From positions 1 to 64,000 of IMG/VR virus record IMGVR_UViG_3300032893_000017: DNA of 64,000 bases; one strand, given 5' to 3'. Both the position numbers and the translations under genes were made by a program. The notes under the pieces are model-generated. The model saw only the letters and a list, made by a program, of their open reading frames with translations, was not told the origin of the DNA and searched no databases. The stretch's first letter is position 1. Each line of letters opens with the position of its first letter. Below, in pieces: positions 28,463 to 35,191 of this stretch. The DNA comes from a virus.

Positions 28463-28514
28463 AAAAGATTCAATTAAATCCACTCAATTAAGAGTGGACA
28501 AAGTTTAATCTTTT
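28463..28514 (-). ncRNA. conserved intergenic stem-loop element, copy C
   Basis: AAAAGAUUAAACUU-UG-UCCACUC-loop-GAGUGGA-UUU-AAUUGAAUCUUUU. Confidence 0.7.
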
Positions 28515-28696
28515 ATAAACTTAATTATTTCCATTCTGATGTTCTCATGCATTTCATGGCTTGTTGTTTCTATTGCTGTATTCTCTTTTTCATTCCACAC
28601 TACAAATGTTCCTTTTTCTCTGTCATGCTTTAGAACCTTGAATGTCTCCATTGGATCGCTTATAAAATAAAATCTAGCTCCAACTAAATCTTCCAT
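28505..28696 (-). CDS. hypothetical protein
   Basis: ORF with AAGGAG RBS; TAATG coupling. Confidence 0.6.
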   Translation of the reverse strand: MEDLVGARFYFISDPMETFKVLKHDREKGTFVVWNEKENTAIETTSHEMHENIRMEIIKFIKD

Positions 28697-28887
28697 TATT
28701 CAACTCCTTTTGACTGATAAATTAAAATACCTTTATTGATACATTCTTGTAAATCTTCTTCTTTTTCACTTTTATATGCTATTCCACCAATTATATGTAT
28801 CTCATACATTAGCTTCATTACTTTATGTTTACTAATTGATATTTTATTACCTGAAGGTACATGCAAATAAATTCCTGTTTTTATCAT
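28696..28887 (-). CDS. hypothetical protein (true start MIKTGIYL, not 29124)
   Basis: AAGGAGGAG RBS before ATG 28887; the longer track ORF overlaps another gene and a ribozyme. Confidence 0.6.
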   Translation of the reverse strand: MIKTGIYLHVPSGNKISISKHKVMKLMYEIHIIGGIAYKSEKEEDLQECINKGILIYQSKGVE

Positions 28888-28904
28888 AATCTCCTCCTTA
28901 TTTA

Positions 28905-28966
28905 TTGCTGACTTTGAACAGCTTGTTTTCACAAGTGCATTACAGGGATTGCTCCCTGTCATCTGC
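28905..28966 (-). ncRNA. twister ribozyme, circularly permuted (open at P5 position)
   Basis: GCA-GAUGA-CAGGGA(gcaa)UCCCUG-UAA-UGC-AC-UUGU(gaaa)ACAA-GCUG(UUCAAAGU)CAGC-A. P1-P4 and both pseudoknots (UCA/UGA, AC/GU) are satisfied. Confidence 0.9.
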
Positions 28967-29158
28967 CTAGGCATATTTAAGATCATTAAGTAACCACATA
29001 GCTTCTGATTTTTTTTCAAAATAATCTTTATACTCATCATATTCTTCTTTTTTATCATAAGAACTTGCTGGTTTTTCAAAAGCTTGTATTTCTTGTAATT
29101 CACCCTTAACTTTTCCATTGTCAAAAAATTTAGATATAACCAAAAAATATGTTTTCAT
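28967..29158 (-). CDS. hypothetical protein (start MKTYFLV)
   Basis: AAGGAG RBS before ATG 29158; flanked by two ribozymes. Confidence 0.6.
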   Translation of the reverse strand: MKTYFLVISKFFDNGKVKGELQEIQAFEKPASSYDKKEEYDEYKDYFEKKSEAMWLLNDLKYA

Positions 29159-29192
29159 ATTTCTCTCCTTGATCATTTCTGATCTCATATTT

Positions 29193-29244
29193 ATTGCTGA
29201 CTCCCTTTCGGGAGTTTCGTCTATTTAAGACTCATCAGAGCAAC
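29193..29244 (-). ncRNA. hammerhead ribozyme, type I
   Basis: GUUGCU-CUGAUGA-GUCU(uaaau)AGAC-GAAA-CUCCC(gaaa)GGGAG-UC-AGCAAU; full core with GUC cleavage triplet. Confidence 0.93.
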
Positions 29245-30200
29245 TATTTTTCTAAAATCTTTATTATTTCTTTTGCTTGTTCAATATTTACTTTCAATCC
29301 ATTTATAGATATTTCATAATCTAATTTATCTTCTTCAACAGGCTTTATTAAATCAACTTTTATTTTTTGGTCTTTAATAGTAATACTATATTCGTCTATC
29401 TCATAACCTGATCTTTCATGTCTTCTTCCTCTATAATAAGGATTTAATTTATATTCTTTTTTGTGTTCTACTGTAATATTTAAAATCTCTTCAAGCTTTG
29501 TTTTTGTAGAATCAATATTTTTTAAGTTATCTACTTCTTCTTTTTTCTTTTCTTTTTCTTTCGCAATTTTATCATCTACCAATTTTTTGAACGAAGAAAT
29601 TAAAGACTCTAACTTCGTAAATCTTTTTGTTTTATAATCTGATATAGAATCATTGAAACTGTATCCTGCAAAATGTGAATCCATTGACCATTTACTATTC
29701 GAAACATAATGCTCTGATACATATATTTTATTATTCTTGTATTCAACAATTACTCTATAACCTCTTAAAAAGTTATCTTCATTAAAACTTTCAACTGAAG
29801 TTTTAATTCCACTTTCCTGTAAATTATCGATTAATTTTTTTACATTATGTATCCAACATTTATCATAAGCTTTTTTTGCTTTTTCTAGTTTTACTTTTCT
29901 ATCATTTTCTTTTTTAGCTTCTAATAATGATTTATATTCTTCATACAGTACAGTTAGATCCAATTCAATTCCTAATTCTTTTAATGATTTTTCAAAAGAC
30001 TCATCAAGGAATTTTGAATTTATAAAATTACTTTTTTCTGAATTCCAATCCATAAAAAATTTAATTTCTTTTACTGCATTATTAATCTTAACACTAATAA
30101 GTGCATTGTCTGTAACATATTCCTCATTTATTCTTTTAGAAACAATAAATTCAAATTCGTTCACTTTAGAAGGTTTTAAAATTTGTTTTGTAGTATCCAT
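29244..30200 (-). CDS. hypothetical protein, first gene of small-gene operon
   Basis: 318 aa K/E-rich ORF; RBS; preceded by a promoter. Confidence 0.65.
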   Translation of the reverse strand: MDTTKQILKPSKVNEFEFIVSKRINEEYVTDNALISVKINNAVKEIKFFMDWNSEKSNFINSKFLDESFEKSLKELGIELDLTVLYEEYKSLLEAKKENDRKVKLEKAKKAYDKCWIHNVKKLIDNLQESGIKTSVESFNEDNFLRGYRVIVEYKNNKIYVSEHYVSNSKWSMDSHFAGYSFNDSISDYKTKRFTKLESLISSFKKLVDDKIAKEKEKKKEEVDNLKNIDSTKTKLEEILNITVEHKKEYKLNPYYRGRRHERSGYEIDEYSITIKDQKIKVDLIKPVEEDKLDYEISINGLKVNIEQAKEIIKILEK

Positions 30201-30262
30201 AATATTCTCCTGTTAAATAATCTAATTAAAAAGATTCATACGAATCTTCCCTTTGTAATAAT

Positions 30263-30292
30263 ATTATACAAATGAGATTGGATTAATTAACC
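30263..30292 (-). promoter_or_regulatory. promoter GGTTAATT-N13-TTGTATAAT
   Basis: Duplicate of the motif at 27264-27293. Confidence 0.65.
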
Positions 30293-30320
30293 AGAAAATA
30301 AAGAAATTTTTCCCACTATA

Positions 30321-30554
30321 TTATAGGTCTAAAATTGAGGTTTTCTTTGAAATGCTTAAATTGGAATAGACATATTGTAAAGGTAAAGTAACAAGGGTTT
30401 TGCAGGAAAGACACCTGCATAATACTTTTGAGTCCTTATTGAGAAATACAAGACGACTCTTGATGATGATGTCATCATTCTTAGAAATGTTCTTTAGATT
30501 TTTTTCTACTATTGTTTTGCCACACTTTGGGCATAGGAACTTATCTTCGTTCAT
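30321..30554 (-). CDS. zinc-ribbon protein (Com-like)
   Basis: CPKCG...CRCLSCK. Confidence 0.55.
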   Translation of the reverse strand: MNEDKFLCPKCGKTIVEKNLKNISKNDDIIIKSRLVFLNKDSKVLCRCLSCKTLVTLPLQYVYSNLSISKKTSILDL

Positions 30555-30921
30555 CTATTATCTCCACTTCCAAGTCTTGAATCTTGTTATTTACTTTCTT
30601 GTACACAAAAAAATCAAAGTTGTAAACTATCATATATAGAAAGTCTTGAAACATATTACCATAATCTGTGAGGGATAAATCTTTAAAGTTGCTATGACAA
30701 TGACAGAAGCAAACACAAGAATAATTTCCAAACAGTATTATCATAGAAAATAATAACAGTGAAAAGAACTCTACTTCATATTTATCCTCTCCACATCTTT
30801 TGGTACTGCAATGATATATTTTATTGAAGTTTTCTTTTCCATATATAAAGCAAGATTCTTCTTCTTTTAATTTCCTAAGTTCTTTTGCTATCCTCTTTGT
30901 TATTCTTATTTTACTGTTCAT
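30541..30921 (-). CDS. JAB/MPN-like domain protein
   Basis: E-S-C-F-I-Y-G near the N-terminus and HCH-x5-L-S-x-x-D, matching the JAMM E...HxH..S..D pattern. Confidence 0.6.
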   Translation of the reverse strand: MNSKIRITKRIAKELRKLKEEESCFIYGKENFNKIYHCSTKRCGEDKYEVEFFSLLLFSMIILFGNYSCVCFCHCHSNFKDLSLTDYGNMFQDFLYMIVYNFDFFVYKKVNNKIQDLEVEIIDERR

Positions 30922-31234
30922 ACATCCCTCTTACAAGATTCAAATCATTTGCTTTTATTTTATCTATATCAGACTCTAATAATTTTTGCTGTGTTCTTAG
31001 TTCATCATGTCTTACAATTAGATCCTTCATTTTGTTCATGTTATCTTCTGTAAAGAATCCAATATTTAACATATCAAAAAAGATGTCTAAATAGAAACTT
31101 CTTCTGCAAAAGTCTCTAGGTCTGTATTGCTTAATGGTTTCTTTTCTTATTACTACTTTGAATAGATCCTGTATTTCTTTTTCTATTTGCTTTATCTGGG
31201 TTAGTATTACTGAATAGTTGTTTAATTCATTCAT
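30911..31234 (-). CDS. hypothetical coiled-coil protein
   Basis: ORF, translationally coupled. Confidence 0.55.
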   Translation of the reverse strand: MNELNNYSVILTQIKQIEKEIQDLFKVVIRKETIKQYRPRDFCRRSFYLDIFFDMLNIGFFTEDNMNKMKDLIVRHDELRTQQKLLESDIDKIKANDLNLVRGMYEQ

Positions 31235-31460
31235 TTATAGTCTCCTTGCCAAAATCTAAATATTCTTGATGAGAATATTCTAAATCTTCTATCATTTGAT
31301 CTATCTCGTCAAGATCATTTTGCAGATTCAACAAAGCCTCCCCGTCAAGCTTCTTTTGTAACTGTAGCATTTTCTTTTTTTGTTCTTTTAGATGTTCCAT
31401 TTGCTTTTCTATCTCTGAATGATTCAACAATGCTAAATCTTTTATATGTTTCACTGTCAT
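31227..31460 (-). CDS. hypothetical coiled-coil protein
   Basis: ORF with ATGA overlap. Confidence 0.55.
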   Translation of the reverse strand: MTVKHIKDLALLNHSEIEKQMEHLKEQKKKMLQLQKKLDGEALLNLQNDLDEIDQMIEDLEYSHQEYLDFGKETINE

Positions 31461-34400
31461 GCTCCTTCTAATGAAGTATCTATGGATGCTAATGTTCTTT
31501 TATATTTTTGTAATTTTTTATTTAGATTTTCTTCATATATATTCGAGAATTTATATGATATAATGTTTGCGTCTTCTTTACGATTACCCCTTGTTATTCT
31601 GCCATCTACCTGTATATCTCCCATCCCGTCAAATAGAGTTCCTACTTTATGGAGGGTGTTTGCCTTCTGAAGGTTATGCCCCGCTACTTGCCCTTTAGAA
31701 ATAAATAACAATCCTGGATTTTCAGAATCATTCCAGTTAAGCTTGTTTTGTATTGCTTCTTTCTTTTTACCTAACATCGAGAATAGTTGTTCTTTAGGAT
31801 ATCCTTTATCTAGCAATACTTTTGTGATATGTTCTTGATGATTTATATCATCAACATATATTACATGCTTCTCATTTATTTTATCAAATATGTTTTTTAC
31901 TAATTGTTTTGTCTTTGGGTTTTTTATTCCATCATATTTATTAGATTCTTTTATTTGTTCTGCTACTAGGTTGTTGATAAATGTTTGCTTTCTTCTTTCT
32001 TCCCAGCTCCCTGGATAAGATTCTTTAAAATATTGAGGAGTGTTTTTTATAAACTTTTTCATCTCTGATTCTGCATTACTTATTTTCTTCTTAAGGTATA
32101 CATTCATTTCAGGAAGCATCTTTGTCTTTTCTAACTTCTTGTTTATTTTATATCCTCTCTTTGTTAGCTGGTCATTAGTAACATAATTGTCTATTATATC
32201 CCTGTAATATTCCTTCATTAGATTTTGTTGTCCAAGATTCATATCTATAAAACTGTAATTTTCCGTCTTTAACATTCCATTGATGTCATACTTTTCTTTA
32301 TCTCCAAATTGTAGTTTAAAGTTTCCTCTTTTTCCAACCCCATCAGGATCGACCCAATTTATAAGATTATATACATCACTTGGATTCTCTTGTATTGGAG
32401 TTGCTGTTAATGCTATTTTATGCTTTGTTTTTAATCCACTTATTATTTCTCTTCCTTTTGTTTTGATGTCTCCATTCTTATCAAAGAATATTTCATGTGG
32501 TTCATCTATAGTAAGATTGTCTATTTTCTTTTTTGATAGTATATCTGTATTGTTTACTAGGTCAGTATGTGAAATTACAAATATATTTCCATTTGCTGAT
32601 GTGTTTTGTAATAGCTTTCTTTTTTGATTCCTGTCCATATCTTCTGGAATTTCTGTTACCTTTAAGTTTGTGTATTTCTTTATCTCATCTACCTGCTGTT
32701 TGACATTCTTATCAGGAATAACCATTACAGTAGAATACTTTGGATCTTTTACTAATTGAGTTGCATGAAATCCTACAGCAATCATTGTCTTACCTGTTCC
32801 TACTCCTCTGCTGATTATACCCTTGCCTCCATTACTGTTTAGAAATTGAACATCATTTCTTTGGTGGGGTTTGAATTTGAATTCAGATTTGAATCCATGA
32901 ATTTTATAATTTGTGTATTCATTACCTTGTTTATCTATTAATACACCTGTGGAATTATTTTTTATTTTATTAAGTTTATCTTTCCTTTCTTTGTCTATCT
33001 TATTTATCTTGATGTAATTTGATAATAAATTAGAACTAAGTACCACTCTATTTTTGAATGGATGTAATTCTAGCTTAGCATTATTCCTGTCTGTGGAGAA
33101 TATCATATTTTTATATTCTATCTTTGCTTTGTCCGGGTCTTTTGAAAGTTCTATATCTACATGGCTTATATCTTTTTCATTTTTTATCTTCTTTAATGAA
33201 TTTAAAAGTTCACTGGTTGACTTTAATAAACCCAAAGAACTTCCAAGGATATTACGCTGCTCTATAAGATTGTCTACTAAAGATCTTTCAGCTTCTTTGT
33301 TGAATACTTTTACTTGAGTAATTTTTGTTCTTAGATTCTGTGCTTCTTTCTTTAAACCTTTTATCTTATCTAGTGCATTATTTTCTATATGTTCTACTTC
33401 ACTTTCAAAATAGGATTCTATATTATCAATGAATTTTTCATATTTGTTCTTATCTAGTGTATTTCTTAAGTGCATAGCCAATAGATTCATAGACTTCTCT
33501 AATCCTATTCCTTCTATAAGTCGCTTGAAGTCCATGTTAATATCTAAGAATTTATTTGTCAGTGCATTTACTTGTCTTGTTCCTGCTTTATTGATAAGTA
33601 AGTTTATATTTGCTAAAGAATCTCCATCACTGAGTTTTGATAATACAGTGTATAATGATTCTGAATTATTTTTATAGCTTATTTTATCAAACCGTTTTCC
33701 TATTTCCTCTACATCTTCTTTTGAAACTTCTAAGCCTTCTATTTTAATGTTCATTAGGTTCTCATATTTTTCTTTGTTTACTTTTTTATATTCCTTTTCA
33801 AATGATTCTTTTTTAGCAAGATTGTCTATATATTGTTTTGTTTTCTTTCTTATTTCACTTTTATTTTCTAATGCTTGTTTGTCTAATCCAGAATTGAATG
33901 TTATTTTTATTCCTTCTTCATTATTAAGTTCATTCTTTACATCATTAACAAGTTCCAATCCATAATGATATTCATTTGGGATGTTTACATATAGTTCGTC
34001 CTTCTTATCTGTCTGTACTTCTTTGTAGTTTGCCAGTTTGTTGCAGTCTTTTATTTTACTTTGTTTCTTTCTTCTTAATACTTCTGATAATACTGTTTGT
34101 ATAGTTTGTTCCTTTTGCTCTTCAGATAGTTTATCATTCTTGTCTAGATTTGTTTTTAATTTTGTAGCAATGGATTCTAGTTCTTTATTTTCCTTTTCTT
34201 TGTTTGTTACTTCTTTTAACACTGCTCTTCTAGAGTCTTTTATTGATTTGTCTATTTCTTTTCTGGTTTCTTTTTTCTTTGTTTTTATCTCTTCTTTAAT
34301 TCTTACTTTTTCTAATTGTCTTTCTGTAAGCTGTTTTTCTTCTTTGGGTTTTTCCAATTTGTCTTTCTTAGCATTTACTTTGAAAGTAAGATGTGATTTT

Positions 34401-35191
34401 GTTTTATCAAATTGAATATTATAACCTGCATTTCTAGCTGCTTGAAAGTCTACTGCAAATTTCTCACTACTATATCTTGTAATAGGAATATGTCTTCCTT
34501 CAATTGTCACCCATACTGTTGCCCCTATTGGAATAGAATGAAAGTCTATTCTTCCTTCTGCTGTTAATTTAGGTTTAATAAAAGCTTTCAATAATGTCAT
34601 TGATCTAGGGTTAAAGGATTTCTTTATATTCTCTCTTGCTACATCATCAATCAATTTAAATCCACAAGCACAATTATTTCTCAGCATCTCTAAATAACTC
34701 TTGTCAATTATCATTCCTTCTATATACCATTTGAATATGGTTGCAAACACCTCTTTTATATTGCTGCTTGTATGCTCATTTAAAAATAAATGATTCTTTT
34801 CTTTTCTTATTTGTATTCTCAATTTATCCAGCTTAACTTTTACAATTGTATTGTTGTCTAATCCCCATTTATGAAACATCATGTGACCCAACTCATGTAA
34901 GCAGTCTGATCTAAAGTCTGGAGAGTGTTCATACAATATAATTATATTTTCATCCAACTGTGCTCTGTCTAATTTATTGTCTTCTTTATTCTTGTATAAG
35001 TGTATTATTATAGGTTGCTTTAAATTAAGAAATGATTTTATTTTTGTAAGTAAAGGTTCCAATTCTTGTTTTACTCTGTTACCTTCTTGCCGTTTCCATT
35101 CTATATTGTCTATGTGAATGTTTTGAGATTTCTGCAATTTATTTTTATTTAATATTTTTATATCTTTTTCTTTCCAAAGAAATTTATTCAT
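31457..35191 (-). CDS. polyvalent protein: zincin-like metallopeptidase + SNF2/SF2 helicase
   Basis: LHELGH...EVFA; GVGTGKT, IDEPH, LTATP, GHNLQ, QVDGRITR. Confidence 0.8.
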   Translation of the reverse strand: MNKFLWKEKDIKILNKNKLQKSQNIHIDNIEWKRQEGNRVKQELEPLLTKIKSFLNLKQPIIIHLYKNKEDNKLDRAQLDENIIILYEHSPDFRSDCLHELGHMMFHKWGLDNNTIVKVKLDKLRIQIRKEKNHLFLNEHTSSNIKEVFATIFKWYIEGMIIDKSYLEMLRNNCACGFKLIDDVARENIKKSFNPRSMTLLKAFIKPKLTAEGRIDFHSIPIGATVWVTIEGRHIPITRYSSEKFAVDFQAARNAGYNIQFDKTKSHLTFKVNAKKDKLEKPKEEKQLTERQLEKVRIKEEIKTKKKETRKEIDKSIKDSRRAVLKEVTNKEKENKELESIATKLKTNLDKNDKLSEEQKEQTIQTVLSEVLRRKKQSKIKDCNKLANYKEVQTDKKDELYVNIPNEYHYGLELVNDVKNELNNEEGIKITFNSGLDKQALENKSEIRKKTKQYIDNLAKKESFEKEYKKVNKEKYENLMNIKIEGLEVSKEDVEEIGKRFDKISYKNNSESLYTVLSKLSDGDSLANINLLINKAGTRQVNALTNKFLDINMDFKRLIEGIGLEKSMNLLAMHLRNTLDKNKYEKFIDNIESYFESEVEHIENNALDKIKGLKKEAQNLRTKITQVKVFNKEAERSLVDNLIEQRNILGSSLGLLKSTSELLNSLKKIKNEKDISHVDIELSKDPDKAKIEYKNMIFSTDRNNAKLELHPFKNRVVLSSNLLSNYIKINKIDKERKDKLNKIKNNSTGVLIDKQGNEYTNYKIHGFKSEFKFKPHQRNDVQFLNSNGGKGIISRGVGTGKTMIAVGFHATQLVKDPKYSTVMVIPDKNVKQQVDEIKKYTNLKVTEIPEDMDRNQKRKLLQNTSANGNIFVISHTDLVNNTDILSKKKIDNLTIDEPHEIFFDKNGDIKTKGREIISGLKTKHKIALTATPIQENPSDVYNLINWVDPDGVGKRGNFKLQFGDKEKYDINGMLKTENYSFIDMNLGQQNLMKEYYRDIIDNYVTNDQLTKRGYKINKKLEKTKMLPEMNVYLKKKISNAESEMKKFIKNTPQYFKESYPGSWEERRKQTFINNLVAEQIKESNKYDGIKNPKTKQLVKNIFDKINEKHVIYVDDINHQEHITKVLLDKGYPKEQLFSMLGKKKEAIQNKLNWNDSENPGLLFISKGQVAGHNLQKANTLHKVGTLFDGMGDIQVDGRITRGNRKEDANIISYKFSNIYEENLNKKLQKYKRTLASIDTSLEGA

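Noticed and set aside
25784-28514. CRISPR array or integron attC sites for the repeated hairpins
   Set aside because: Copies are separated by whole genes at irregular distances; no cas or integrase genes in the window; no GTTRRRY boxes recognised.
28696-29124. 142-aa ORF as given
   Set aside because: The upstream part overlaps gene 28967..29158 and the twister ribozyme; the real start with a strong RBS is 28887.
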